From an uncultured Methanosarcinales archaeon (GTDB lineage: Archaea; Halobacteriota; Methanosarcinia; Methanotrichales; Methanotrichaceae): a stretch of DNA of 64,000 bases. Both the position numbers and the translations under genes were made by a program. This document shows, in pieces, positions 1 through 10,745 of the stretch (within the stretch, counting starts at the first letter, position 1; every line of letters begins with the position of its first letter). The notes under the pieces were generated by a model. That model was not told the origin of the DNA. It saw only the letters and a program-made list of their open reading frames with translations, and made no database searches. Where the stretch lies: positions 1-64,000 of the forward strand of contig CAWJKV010000011.1 in assembly GCA_963843555.1 (NCBI GenBank), given 5' to 3'.

Positions 1-375
1 CTCCCCACCGAGGAGACTCTGGTCACTGCCACAAAAGATACGGCAATCATCTGGGACTCGAATAAAGCAACTTCTGATGTGCGGTATGCTTACTGCTTGC
101 AGACAGCTCCACAGCCATCTGATCCACCTGAACTGTCTGGCATAGTAGGAACCTGGTCCTGGTTCACTGGTGAAACTGTAGAGATCAGGCCAGATGGCAC
201 TTTCTATTCTGAGAAAAATAATGGCAGGTGGGAACAAACGGATCAATCCAGCAGGCTGTATACTATGCGATGGGTTGAGGGCGGATGGATAGATTCCCTA
301 GAGCTCTCAGCCGACGGAAAAAGCCTAACCGGGCAGAACCAGCATGGGAGTAGTGTGACGGCCACAAAGGTGTAA
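1..375 (+). CDS. C-terminal part of a hypothetical (probably extracellular) protein, 5' end outside window
   Basis: Open frame ending TAA at 375; beta-rich 'IVGTWSWFTG...GRW' lipocalin-like domain. Confidence 0.5.
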   Translation, partial: LPTEETLVTATKDTAIIWDSNKATSDVRYAYCLQTAPQPSDPPELSGIVGTWSWFTGETVEIRPDGTFYSEKNNGRWEQTDQSSRLYTMRWVEGGWIDSLELSADGKSLTGQNQHGSSVTATKV

Positions 376-791
376 ATGCTAATGCACGGAAGGACAATAT
401 CTCCCATCACTCGGCTTATGTACAGGAATAAGCTCATCCGAGCTCATAACAGCAGTGGATAACATGCAATTCATATCCTCTTTTTTCGATATCCATTAAA
501 CAACTGGATATTATAAGAATACTTCTCGACTAAAATCCCCTCTGATGTTACGCGCCGGATTGTAGATTTTCTTTTCGCTTTACTGATATAAGCCTTCTCA
601 AGTTGCCTCCTGTTTTTTAAGCTCATTCCTGGAGAAATTCGTTAGGCCCGGTATCAAGAGACAAACGACAAGCCCGGGGCCCGCTCTTGCGATACCCAAA
701 TTCGAAGGTACCCCAAATTCTGAATCAAATTCCCGAAGATTTAATAGCTTTAAGAATCAAATTATGCAGCTTAGTTCAAAGGAGGTCTAAA

Positions 792-1871
792 ATGCGAATA
801 ATAACGCTAATACTTATGCTGCTGCTCATTTCTTGCACAGCCTGCTCTGCACAGTCCGAAACCTCGGCCAAAATTAATCAGTCGTCCGTTGCCCAAAATT
901 TCACTGTGCTGGTGGGCGGCAACGATTCTGCCTACAATGCCGAGCTTCAGGGCTTTTTCCCCAAGAACATCACAGTCCATGCAGGCGATACGGTGACCTG
1001 GAAGCAGAACACCTTGGACATCCATACCGTTACCTTCACCCCGGGAATGAACAAAACCCCTGATTTTATCATACCGGTGCCAGGAGAGAATGGAAGCCTG
1101 ATGATCAATCCCCTGGTAGCCTTCCCGGCCGAGCCAGAGAACGGCATGTACAACGGCTCAACCTATGCCAACAGCGCCGTCATGGGACCTGGTGAAATGC
1201 AGCCGAAGAACTTCAGCCTGACCTTTACCGAGCCAGGAACCTACAAGTACATCTGCATAGTGCATGCTGGCGAGAACATGACCGGCCTGGTAACCGTTGA
1301 GAACGGGAGCGTATCCATACCCCCTCCGCTGCAGGCCTCTGCCCAGGGCCAGAAGGAGCTGGATGCACTTCGATCGCTGACCAAACCCTTGCATGCCAAA
1401 GCCGTGGCCAGCGAAGAGAAGCCGGAGCAAAATGCGAATGGCACTACCACCTACTACGTCAATGTGGGCTTCGGCCAGGGCAAGGTTCATCTGGAAGCCT
1501 TCTTCCCGGACAGGATCAATGCCCATCCGGGTGACAATGTCGTCTGGACGCTACCCAAAGACGACATGGAGCCGCATACCATCACCTTCCTCAACGGCGC
1601 CGAGGAGCCTGAGCTCTTCCTGCCCGAACCTCAGCCCCAGGGCCAGCCTCTGATCGTCTTCAATCCCGAAGTTCTGTTGCCTCAGAATGCGACCATGCCC
1701 CTGACCGATCAGGGAGTCTACAGCTCCGGATTCATCGACCCCAATATGCCCGGATCGCACACCTTCACCCTGCAGATAGGGAACAACACAACAGGAACTC
1801 TGCCATTCGTCTGCCTGTTGCATGACGACATGAATATGAAAGGAGAGCTGATAGTTTCCACCCGAGCATGA
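792..1871 (+). CDS. Secreted protein with two cupredoxin (plastocyanin-like) domains
   Basis: GGAGG RBS before ATG 792; hydrophobic signal peptide; two HT(V/I)TF ... CxxHxxxxM type-1 Cu motifs. Confidence 0.8.
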   Translation: MRIITLILMLLLISCTACSAQSETSAKINQSSVAQNFTVLVGGNDSAYNAELQGFFPKNITVHAGDTVTWKQNTLDIHTVTFTPGMNKTPDFIIPVPGENGSLMINPLVAFPAEPENGMYNGSTYANSAVMGPGEMQPKNFSLTFTEPGTYKYICIVHAGENMTGLVTVENGSVSIPPPLQASAQGQKELDALRSLTKPLHAKAVASEEKPEQNANGTTTYYVNVGFGQGKVHLEAFFPDRINAHPGDNVVWTLPKDDMEPHTITFLNGAEEPELFLPEPQPQGQPLIVFNPEVLLPQNATMPLTDQGVYSSGFIDPNMPGSHTFTLQIGNNTTGTLPFVCLLHDDMNMKGELIVSTRA

Positions 1872-2042
1872 AGCCGACCGTGTAACGAGCTGTTTAGAGT
1901 AAGAGCTAAATGAATACGAGCAAATGTGGACGAAATGGCTGCCGTCGTTGCCATTAGTCTTTGTTAGCGAGCCGATGCCTCCGGGGGGGCACGGCCAGGG
2001 AATTTTTTAGAAAATATATGACAACTATTTATAATTTCATCG

Positions 2043-2291
2043 TCAGCCGTTCTTCACTCCCACGTACATCATCCAGGCCCCGACTATTACCGTGAATCCG
2101 AAGAGCACAAGGCCCTGAATTGCGAAGCCTCTGGGCAGATCGTACAGGACCACAGCTCCCATGATCACAGTTCCCGCGCCTATGCCTATGACCCCCAGCC
2201 TTGCCGAGAAGGGATAAGCCAGTAAGCCGAGGGCGATCAGGGCAGCGGCTATCAGCAGTGGCGTTGAGTCCAGAGGGATGGATAAGATCAT
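2043..2291 (-). CDS. Small membrane protein (about 3 TM)
   Basis: 82 aa, strongly hydrophobic ORF. Confidence 0.6.
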   Translation of the reverse strand: MILSIPLDSTPLLIAAALIALGLLAYPFSARLGVIGIGAGTVIMGAVVLYDLPRGFAIQGLVLFGFTVIVGAWMMYVGVKNG

Positions 2292-2386
2292 ATTTTGCAG
2301 TCCCCGGCAGCATACTTATAGTTTCCTTATGGTCCTCATGCTATAGTTCGCCACCTATTTACCCCAGCGTCTCACAATTGTCTGCG

Positions 2387-3544
2387 ATGAAGCCAATTTA
2401 CATGGACCACTCCGCCACCACTCCTGTGGCGCCGAAGGTTTTGGAAGCCATGCTGCCATACTTCTCCGAGAAGTTCGGCAACGCCTCCAGCCTGCACAGC
2501 TTTGGCCTGGAGGCAAAGGAGGCTCTGGAAGAGTCCCGGGAGAAAGTGGCTGGGCTCTTGGGCGCAAAGCCGGAGGAGATAATTTTCACCTCCGGTGGCA
2601 CGGAATCGGACAACCTGGCTTTGAAAGGCATCGCCCGCAAAAATCGAGAGAATGGAAAGCATATCATCACTACCGGTATCGAGCATCCTGCTATCCTGGA
2701 GTGCTGCCGCAAGCTGGAGAAGGAGGGCTTTCTGGTTACCTATCTGCCCGTGACCAGTGAGGGCCTGGTCGAACTAGCCACCCTTGAGTCGGCCATACGA
2801 TCCGATACCATCCTCATCTCCGTCATGCATGCCAACAACGAGGTGGGGACCATCCAGCCATTGGAGGAGATCGGCCGCCTTGCTGCCGAGAAGGACATAT
2901 ACCTGCATACCGATGCCGTGCAGAGCGTGGGCAAGATTCCCACGGATGTAAACGCTCTGGGTGTCGATCTGCTCTCCCTTTCCGCCCACAAGCTCTACGG
3001 GCCCAAGGGCGTGGGGGCTCTCTACATTCGCAAGGGAACAAAGCTGGAGAGCATAATCCAGGGCGGGGGCCATGAACGCGGCCTGCGCTCGGGGACGGAG
3101 AACATCGCAGGCATAGTCGGTCTGGCAAAGGCAGTGGAGCTGTCCAGTGAGACCATGAACGCGGAAGCGGAAAGGCTGACTGATTTGCGCGACCGGCTGG
3201 CCGAACTCGTCCTGGGCAGGGTAAAGGAGGCCTGGATAAACGGAACCATGAAGAGAAGGCTTCCCGGAAACCTGAACTTCGGCTTCAGGTATGTCGAAGG
3301 CGAGTCGCTGCTGCTCTTCCTGGACTCTAAGGGCATAAATGTATCCACCGGATCGGCCTGCTCATCCCACAAATTGGAGCCCAGCCACGTGCTCCTCTCC
3401 CTGGGCCTCAAGCCGGAGGAGTGCCACGGCTCTTTGAGAGTCACCCTTGGCAGGTCGAACACCATGGAGGAAGTCGACTACGTGGCAGAGGGCATCGCGG
3501 AGGCAGTGGAGAGGTTCAGGGGAATTTCCGCGCTGGGCAGATGA
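2387..3544 (+). CDS. iscS: Cysteine desulfurase (NifS/IscS)
   Basis: YMDHSATTP, FTSGGTESDN, SAHKLYGPKG (PLP lysine), STGSACSS (catalytic Cys). Confidence 0.95.
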   Translation: MKPIYMDHSATTPVAPKVLEAMLPYFSEKFGNASSLHSFGLEAKEALEESREKVAGLLGAKPEEIIFTSGGTESDNLALKGIARKNRENGKHIITTGIEHPAILECCRKLEKEGFLVTYLPVTSEGLVELATLESAIRSDTILISVMHANNEVGTIQPLEEIGRLAAEKDIYLHTDAVQSVGKIPTDVNALGVDLLSLSAHKLYGPKGVGALYIRKGTKLESIIQGGGHERGLRSGTENIAGIVGLAKAVELSSETMNAEAERLTDLRDRLAELVLGRVKEAWINGTMKRRLPGNLNFGFRYVEGESLLLFLDSKGINVSTGSACSSHKLEPSHVLLSLGLKPEECHGSLRVTLGRSNTMEEVDYVAEGIAEAVERFRGISALGR

Positions 3545-3933
3545 GCCCGCCAGAGGATCGAGGGGAAAATCCCCTCTGCATCGGTCGTTCTGTCTTGGTC
3601 CGCATGTCCTGGTCCGCTGTTCTCATGTTCTTTGAGAGATGCGCATGCTGATGCATATGCTTTTCCCGTCTCCGCCGAAAATCAATGAGATATAATTCTT
3701 AAATATATGACTTTTACTAATTTAGTAATTCGAAATCATGCCTTCGGAAATTCTTCATTACCGTCAACATAAGAACGAAAATATTCTGCTGATCTTGCAA
3801 AAAGTTTTCAAAAGATCGCAAATCCTGATCATTTGAGCTGATCGGACACGCATATATACATGCAGACCGATTCCAAATTAATCCCAAATGGCCCGCATCA
3901 TGCTGCAATGAGGCAAGGGCTCTGGAGCGACTG

Positions 3934-4944
3934 ATGAAGAAGATTGTAGCCGCGACATCTATCATAGCTGTGTTGGTATTGGTGGGATTTGGTGCATGGT
4001 ACCTTATGAATTCCCCGACAGCCTTTCCGGGAACCTCCGAATCAATCACCGTCGGATATTCGCCTTTTGAGTCAGTCGCACTTCTTTGCATTGCCGAAGA
4101 CCAGCACTTTTTCAGCCACAACGGCCTCAATGTAACCTCACAGAAGTACGATACTGGAGTAGGCGCATTGGACGGAATGCTGAAAGGTGAAGCGGACATT
4201 GCTGTGGGGACAAACGAGTTCCCCCTGGTTGGAAGGGCGTTCCAGAAAGAAAAAATTAGCACAATTGGCTGCATCGCTAAGAGCGAGTTCATATATCTCG
4301 TTGGACGGAAGGACCGTGGAATTGAGAACGTAACAGATCTCAAAGGGAAAAGGGTTGGGACTACCTTAAGAACCATAGCACATTTCTATCTCGGCAGGTT
4401 TCTCGAACTTCATGGCATGAGTATGCAAGACATAACCCTCGTTGACGTCAAAACACCCGCAGAATGGGTGAATGCCGTTGTAGATGGAGATATTGATGCA
4501 ATTGCGACAGCTCAACCGTATGCCAATTCAGCCAAAGATCGCCTGGGAGCTAACGCCATTGTCTGGTCTGCACAGAGCAGTCAACCTATGTATGCGCAGG
4601 CGATTTCCACCGATGAATGGATAACAAAACATCCTGAACTGATTAGCAGGTTCCTCAAATCTCTGGCAGAGGCGGAGGAATATGTCAACACCCATCCTGC
4701 CGAAGCCAATGCCATCATTCAGGAACGGCTGAACCTCGATGCCAATTATATGGACACGGTCTGGCGGCAGAACCAGTTCTCGCTCTCGCTTGACCAGTCG
4801 CTTATCACGGCCATGGAGGATGAGGCGCGGTGGATGATAAGCAACAACCTTACCACTGAAAGACAGGTGCCAGATTTCCTTGACTATATATATGAAGATG
4901 GCCTCAAGGCGATAAAGCCCGAATCGGTGAATATCATACGTTGA
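3934..4944 (+). CDS. NitT/TauT (SsuA/NMT1-like) solute-binding protein, paralog 1
   Basis: N-terminal TM anchor; DLKGKRVG motif; SLDQSLITAMEDEARW C-terminus. Confidence 0.85.
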   Translation: MKKIVAATSIIAVLVLVGFGAWYLMNSPTAFPGTSESITVGYSPFESVALLCIAEDQHFFSHNGLNVTSQKYDTGVGALDGMLKGEADIAVGTNEFPLVGRAFQKEKISTIGCIAKSEFIYLVGRKDRGIENVTDLKGKRVGTTLRTIAHFYLGRFLELHGMSMQDITLVDVKTPAEWVNAVVDGDIDAIATAQPYANSAKDRLGANAIVWSAQSSQPMYAQAISTDEWITKHPELISRFLKSLAEAEEYVNTHPAEANAIIQERLNLDANYMDTVWRQNQFSLSLDQSLITAMEDEARWMISNNLTTERQVPDFLDYIYEDGLKAIKPESVNIIR

Positions 4945-4986
4945 TGTGTAGACCATGAAAATCAGCATCGATATCGCGGTAAAACC

Positions 4987-5991
4987 ATGAAAAGAATTGT
5001 AGCCGCAATAGCTGCCATCGCAGCGATAGCGCTGGCAGGAATCATTGCCTGGCACTTCACAAGCTCACCGGAATTCTATTCGGGGCCAACTGAGCCGATC
5101 ATCCTCGGAGGGCTGGTCAGCGATGCAAACACTGTGCTCTTTACCGCCGAAGACCAGCATCTTTTTGCAGCAAATGGGATAAATTTTACCCTTAAGACCT
5201 ATGATACCGGTTTGGAGACGATCGGCGACCTGCTGAACAGCAAAGTAGATATTGCAGGCGCTGCCGAGTATCCCGTTGTTGCAAAAGCGTTCGAAAAAGA
5301 CAACATCAGCATCATAGCAAGTATAGGCAAATCAGACAGTATATACCTCGTCGGGCTGACCGATAGGGGGATTAGAAACATATCAGACCTAAAAGGGAAG
5401 AAGATTGGCATCCCCCGGGGGACTGTACTGGAATTTTATCTAGGTCGATTTCTGGATCTGAATGGTATGAGCATTTGGGATGTCACTCTGATTAATTTGC
5501 CCCAGGGAGAGACTACCGACGCCATTGATGACGGGAGCGTCGATGCAATCGTAACCAGGGAACCATACTTAAGTCAAATACAGAAAAGACATGCAAACGG
5601 AATTATCAATTGGTCGGTACAAAACAACCAGGCCGTTTATAGTGTTTTGATTTGCAGAAATGACTGGATAAAAGAGCATCCAGACCTGCTAAGAAGATTC
5701 TTGAATTCACTTGCAGAGGCAGAAGAATATATAGTGCGGCATCCCTCCGAAGCAAAGGCTATCCTGCAAAAACGATACAATTATGATGACGAGCATATAG
5801 CCAAAATCTGGTCTGAGAACCAATTTTCTCTGTCGCTCGACCAGTCGCTCATTACAGCTATGGAGGACGAAGGACGGTGGATGATAACGAACAACATGAC
5901 GAATGCATCAAATGTCCCCGATCTCAGGAATTACATCTACGAGGATGGCCTCGAGGCAATAAGACCCGGCTCAGTGAACATCATAGGTTAA
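4987..5991 (+). CDS. NitT/TauT solute-binding protein, paralog 2
   Basis: Same motifs as paralog 1 (DLKGKKIG). Confidence 0.85.
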   Translation: MKRIVAAIAAIAAIALAGIIAWHFTSSPEFYSGPTEPIILGGLVSDANTVLFTAEDQHLFAANGINFTLKTYDTGLETIGDLLNSKVDIAGAAEYPVVAKAFEKDNISIIASIGKSDSIYLVGLTDRGIRNISDLKGKKIGIPRGTVLEFYLGRFLDLNGMSIWDVTLINLPQGETTDAIDDGSVDAIVTREPYLSQIQKRHANGIINWSVQNNQAVYSVLICRNDWIKEHPDLLRRFLNSLAEAEEYIVRHPSEAKAILQKRYNYDDEHIAKIWSENQFSLSLDQSLITAMEDEGRWMITNNMTNASNVPDLRNYIYEDGLEAIRPGSVNIIG

Positions 5992-6029
5992 TTGATGGAT
6001 GAAGATCTGAGTCACAAGAGGAATGAACC

Positions 6030-7031
6030 ATGAGAAAAGCTGTAGCTGCAATAATTGCTGCGATAGCGCTATTAGGACTCGGCGCATGGTATCTCATGAA
6101 CTCCTCTGCAACCTTTTCTGGGATGACGGAATCGATCATCATAGGGGAACCGGCCCTCGAACAGTCTGCCCTTATCTATATCGCCGAAGATCAGGGCTTC
6201 TTTGTCCGTAATGGGCTGAATGTAACGATAAGTGATGATTATCCCAGCGGAGTAGGGCCTGTAAAGGATATGGTGCTCGGAAAACTGGACATATCCGTTT
6301 CTGCGGAGTACCCCGTCATCGCACAGATCTTCAATAAGAAAAATATCAGCATAATCGGGGTCATCGATAAGTACCAGAACGAGAAGATCATCGGTCGGAG
6401 AGACCGGGGGATAGAAAATATTTCCGATCTGAAAGGGAAAAAGATAGGTCTACCCAAGAATACAATATGCGAATTCTTCCTGGGCCGGTTCCTCAACTTG
6501 CATGGCATGAGCCTGCAAGACGTCACCCTCGTGGACACTCCGGCATCACAATCTGTGGAGGCTGCAGTCAATGGTAGCCTTGACGCGATCATTTACTATC
6601 AGCCGTACGTCTACGCAATTGAAAATCAATTGGGCGTCAATGGTACGACTTGGCAGGCACAAAACAATCAACTATTGTACGGGGTCATTGCTTGCAGGAA
6701 AGACTGGGCCGCTACTCATCCGGAGCAGATAAACAAGCTCCTGAAATCACTCGCCCTGGCTGAGGAATACTTCACCGATCACCCCAATGAGGCAAAGGCA
6801 ATCCTGCAAGAAAGGCTGAACTACAGCGACGCCTACATGGCGACCACCTGGCCTGATCACCAGTTTTCTCTAGCGCTTGACCAGTCGCTCCTCATTGCCA
6901 TGAACGATGAAGGGCGGTGGATGATCAACAATAACAATACCCACGAGAGGACGATGCCCGATTTTAGAGATTATATATACACGAAGGGCCTGAAAGAAAT
7001 TAAGCCCGAATCGGTGAATATTATCCTGTGA
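6030..7031 (+). CDS. NitT/TauT solute-binding protein, paralog 3
   Basis: Same motifs as paralog 1. Confidence 0.85.
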   Translation: MRKAVAAIIAAIALLGLGAWYLMNSSATFSGMTESIIIGEPALEQSALIYIAEDQGFFVRNGLNVTISDDYPSGVGPVKDMVLGKLDISVSAEYPVIAQIFNKKNISIIGVIDKYQNEKIIGRRDRGIENISDLKGKKIGLPKNTICEFFLGRFLNLHGMSLQDVTLVDTPASQSVEAAVNGSLDAIIYYQPYVYAIENQLGVNGTTWQAQNNQLLYGVIACRKDWAATHPEQINKLLKSLALAEEYFTDHPNEAKAILQERLNYSDAYMATTWPDHQFSLALDQSLLIAMNDEGRWMINNNNTHERTMPDFRDYIYTKGLKEIKPESVNIIL

Positions 7032-7042
7032 AGTGAGAACCC

Positions 7043-10000
7043 ATGAAAATCAGGACCCAATTGATGATCAGCATGGTTTTCTTCGGAGTAGCCGTGCTGA
7101 TGATCTCTGCATTGGTGATGCTCACATATCTGCAGGTGGAGCAGCTGAATAAACAGGAAGATCTTGCGAGAAATATTGAGCTTCAAGCCGGCGAGCTTGG
7201 CTATTTGTCGAATGATTATCTTCTTTACCACGAAAGCCAGCAGGTCGACCGCTGGGAAGCAAAATTTTCATCATTCTCCAATGATCTGTCGAATCTGAGT
7301 GTGGACAATCCCGACAGCCAGGTGCTGGTGAATAATATCAAGGCCAACCGGTTGCGTCTGAAGGAGATCTTCGAGGATGTAGCCAGAAAGACCGCGAATG
7401 AGAACGCGACTCAAACCTCAGATAGCGAAGTTGACACTGCATTTATTCAGGTCTCAGGAAGCCGTATAGGAGTTCAAGTCCAGGGAATAGTATTTGATGC
7501 CGCCCGCCTCACGCAGATGTTACGCCAGCAAGCAGATCAACAGAAACAGAGGAATTACTTCCTCATCTTTGTCTTGATGGGGGCATTCGTCGCCTTTCTG
7601 CTGAGCAATTACATCCTCTTCTACCGCGGGGCATTGAAGTCGATAGCAAATCTCCAGGCCGGGACAAAGGCCGTCGGTTCCGGCAACCTTGACTATTCTC
7701 TGGAAGAGAAGAGGGATGATGAGATCGGCGAACTATCGAGGTCTTTCAACAGGATGGCAATCGACCTGAAAGGGGTCACCGCTTCGAAGACGGATCTGGA
7801 GAAGGAAGTGGCCGTTCGGGAAAGGGCCGAGGATACGCTGCGTTTGAGCGAAGAACGCTACAGATCTCTCTTCAAGGGCATGACGGAGGGCTTCGCATTA
7901 CACGAGATACTCTTAGATGAGAATGGCAAGCCCTACGACTACCGTTTCCTCGATATCAACCCGGCGTTCGAGAGGCTCACAGGACTGCTCCGGGAGGACG
8001 TGGTCGGCAAAACCCACAACGAAGTGCTGCCCAATGACAGCCTCCGCTGGGTTGAGACTTATGGAGCAGTTGCCTTAACCGGTGAGCCGATCCAATTCGA
8101 TAACTATTCTCCTGCCCTGAGGAGACACTACGAGGTGTTTGCCTATCGCCCGGTAGCGGGCCAGTTTGCGACCGTGTTCATGGATGTCACAGAGCGTAAG
8201 CGCCAGGAGCAAAAAATAACCAGGCTGACTCGTCTATACGAGGTACTCAGCAGGGCAAATGAGGCAATAGTCCGAATCCGTGATTCGGCGTCATTGTTTA
8301 CGGAGGTATGCCGTATTGTAGCAGACATTGGAGATTTCCCTCTGGTCTGGATCGGGCAGGTGGAAGAAGAGAAGGTCGTTCCTGCCGCCTGGTCCGGCCC
8401 CGCCGCCGACTACCTGAAAGAGATCAGAGTGGAGGTGCAGGGCGAGTTAGGCAAAGGCCCGACAGGCACCTGTATCCGGGAGAATCGAAGCGTGGTCAAC
8501 GACGACTTTGAGGCAAACCCTGCCATCTCCCCATGGCGCGATTCGGCCATTCGTCACGGATTCCGGGCCTCGGCAGCATTCCCCCTGCGCCGCCGGGGGA
8601 GGGTCATGGGCGCATTCACACTCTACTCCACAGAGCCCAACGCCTTTGATTCCGAGCAGGTCAGCCTGCTCGAATCGCTGAGTTCCGACATATCCTATGC
8701 TCTGGACGCTCTTGAGCAGGAGCAGCTCCGCATCCATGCCGAAGAAGGCCTGCGCGAAACCCGCGACTATCTGGAGAACCTGATAGACTACGCCAACGCA
8801 CCCATCGTCGTCTGGGATCCAACTTTCCGAATCACCAGGTTCAATCATGCCTTCGAGAGGCTGGCTGGTCTGAGAGCAGCGGAAGCTTTGGGAAAACAGC
8901 TCGACATACTGTTCCCCGAAGAAAGCAGGGATCTATCGCTTGATCACATAAGGCGCGCCCTATCTGGAGAACGCCTGGAAGCGGTTGAAATTCCCATCAG
9001 GAAGACTGGCGGATCAGTTCGAACTGTTCTCTGGAACTCGGCCAACATCTACGATAAAGAAGGAAAAACGATTGTGGCAACCATCGCTCAGGGACAGGAT
9101 ATGACGGAGCGCAAGCAGGCCATGAGAGAGATCGAGAGTCTGGCAAAGTTCCCATACGAAAACCCGAGTCCAGTCCTGAGAATAGCGACAGACGGCACCA
9201 TCATCTACGCAAACCGGAGCAGTATTGGCCTGTTGAAGCTGTGGCAGCGTCAGGTGGGTCAGAAGCTGCCCGACGACTTTGGAGACCTCATCCGGGATAC
9301 TCTCAGATCAAGAACTAACCGCGAAATCGAAACAGCATGCGGAGAAGTTACATACTCTCTTGTACTTGCACCAATTACTGACAAGGGTTACATCAACATC
9401 TATGGACGGGACATCACCAAGCGAAAGCTTGCCGAGGAGAATCTGAGAAAAGCGAGGGACGAACTGGATGAGAGAGTCCGGGAGAGGACGAAAGAGCTCT
9501 CCCTGGCCTCAGAGGAGTTGGCTGCCAGAGCCCAGGAACTGGCCAGGAAATCGGAAGACCTCACTCGATCCAATGCAGAACTGGAGCAGTTTGCCTATGT
9601 CGCATCCCATGACCTGCAGGAACCCCTGCGCATGATATCCAGCTACGTGCAGCTACTATCCCGGCGCTACAACAACAAGCTGGACAAGGATGCAGATGAA
9701 TTTATTGCCTATGCGGTAGAAGGTACTAAGCGAATGCAGCAGCTCATCAACGACCTTCTGGCCTATTCCCGCGTCGGCACAAGAGGCAGACCTCCTGAGC
9801 CTACCGACTTTGAGCAGGTCTTCTCAGAGGCAATGGCCAACCTGAAAATAGCAGTTGAAGATAGCGAAGCGATAGTGACACACGACAAGCTGCCAACAGA
9901 AGTAGCCGATAAGATGCAAATGGTCCAGCTCTTCCAGAACCTTATTGGCAATGCCATCAAGTTTAAAGGTCATGATCGCCCGCGAATTCATGTCTCTGCA

Positions 10001-10285
10001 AGACCCGCAGGCGATGAGTGGATCTTTTCTGTGCAGGATAACGGGATAGGCATCGATCCTCAGTTCTTCGATCGAATCTTCACCATATTCCAGCGTCTGC
10101 ATGGCAGAAACGAATACCCTGGCACAGGCATTGGCCTGACCGTCTCCAAGAAGATCGTGGAACGACATGGCGGGCGAATCTGGCTGCAGTCCGAGCCTGG
10201 AAAAGGGACCACGTTTTACTTCACCATTTCCCGGCAGATAGAAGTCAATTCCAAGAGCCTGGGTGAGCAAAATGAGGGCGAGTAA
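7043..10285 (+). CDS. Membrane sensor histidine kinase (2 TM, HAMP, PAS, GAF, PAS, PAS, HisKA, HATPase)
   Basis: [32 protein letters not shown]-box; [21 protein letters not shown] boxes. Confidence 0.93.
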   Translation: MKIRTQLMISMVFFGVAVLMISALVMLTYLQVEQLNKQEDLARNIELQAGELGYLSNDYLLYHESQQVDRWEAKFSSFSNDLSNLSVDNPDSQVLVNNIKANRLRLKEIFEDVARKTANENATQTSDSEVDTAFIQVSGSRIGVQVQGIVFDAARLTQMLRQQADQQKQRNYFLIFVLMGAFVAFLLSNYILFYRGALKSIANLQAGTKAVGSGNLDYSLEEKRDDEIGELSRSFNRMAIDLKGVTASKTDLEKEVAVRERAEDTLRLSEERYRSLFKGMTEGFALHEILLDENGKPYDYRFLDINPAFERLTGLLREDVVGKTHNEVLPNDSLRWVETYGAVALTGEPIQFDNYSPALRRHYEVFAYRPVAGQFATVFMDVTERKRQEQKITRLTRLYEVLSRANEAIVRIRDSASLFTEVCRIVADIGDFPLVWIGQVEEEKVVPAAWSGPAADYLKEIRVEVQGELGKGPTGTCIRENRSVVNDDFEANPAISPWRDSAIRHGFRASAAFPLRRRGRVMGAFTLYSTEPNAFDSEQVSLLESLSSDISYALDALEQEQLRIHAEEGLRETRDYLENLIDYANAPIVVWDPTFRITRFNHAFERLAGLRAAEALGKQLDILFPEESRDLSLDHIRRALSGERLEAVEIPIRKTGGSVRTVLWNSANIYDKEGKTIVATIAQGQDMTERKQAMREIESLAKFPYENPSPVLRIATDGTIIYANRSSIGLLKLWQRQVGQKLPDDFGDLIRDTLRSRTNREIETACGEVTYSLVLAPITDKGYINIYGRDITKRKLAEENLRKARDELDERVRERTKELSLASEELAARAQELARKSEDLTRSNAELEQFAYVASHDLQEPLRMISSYVQLLSRRYNNKLDKDADEFIAYAVEGTKRMQQLINDLLAYSRVGTRGRPPEPTDFEQVFSEAMANLKIAVEDSEAIVTHDKLPTEVADKMQMVQLFQNLIGNAIKFKGHDRPRIHVSARPAGDEWIFSVQDNGIGIDPQFFDRIFTIFQRLHGRNEYPGTGIGLTVSKKIVERHGGRIWLQSEPGKGTTFYFTISRQIEVNSKSLGEQNEGE

Positions 10286-10286
10286 T

Positions 10287-10745
10287 ATGAACAGTGCAAT
10301 AAAGTGCGGGCCGATCGAGATCCTCCTGGTTGAGGATAACCCGGGGGATGTGCGTCTGACAATAGAAGCCCTCAATGAAGGGAGATTTGCAAACATCATA
10401 AATGTCGCGGTTGACGGGTTTGAAGCCATGGCATTTCTGCGTCGGGAGGGCAAATACGAGAATGCCCCAAAGCCCGACCTGGTCCTTCTGGACTTGAATC
10501 TGCCGAAGAAGAATGGGCGCGAGGTGCTGGCCGAGATAAAGACGGACCCCAATCTCAAATGCATACCTGTAGTGATCCTGACATCCTCACAGGCAGAGAA
10601 AGATATAGTCGAGACGTACAATCTGCATGCCAACTGCTACATCACAAAACCGGTGGATTTTGAACAATTCATCCGGGTTGTAAGGTCCATTGAGGACTTC
10701 TGGTTTGCCGTTGTAAGGCTCCCGCCCAGAGAGGATTTGAATTGA
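10287..10745 (+). CDS. Single-domain response regulator (Rcp1-like)
   Basis: [24 protein letters not shown]. Confidence 0.92.
   Translation: MNSAIKCGPIEILLVEDNPGDVRLTIEALNEGRFANIINVAVDGFEAMAFLRREGKYENAPKPDLVLLDLNLPKKNGREVLAEIKTDPNLKCIPVVILTSSQAEKDIVETYNLHANCYITKPVDFEQFIRVVRSIEDFWFAVVRLPPREDLN

Noticed and set aside
1880..1970. attC-like tgtaac...gttagcg after the cupredoxin gene
   Set aside because: Ends do not fit the consensus well, internal pairing is unconvincing, and it is a single copy.
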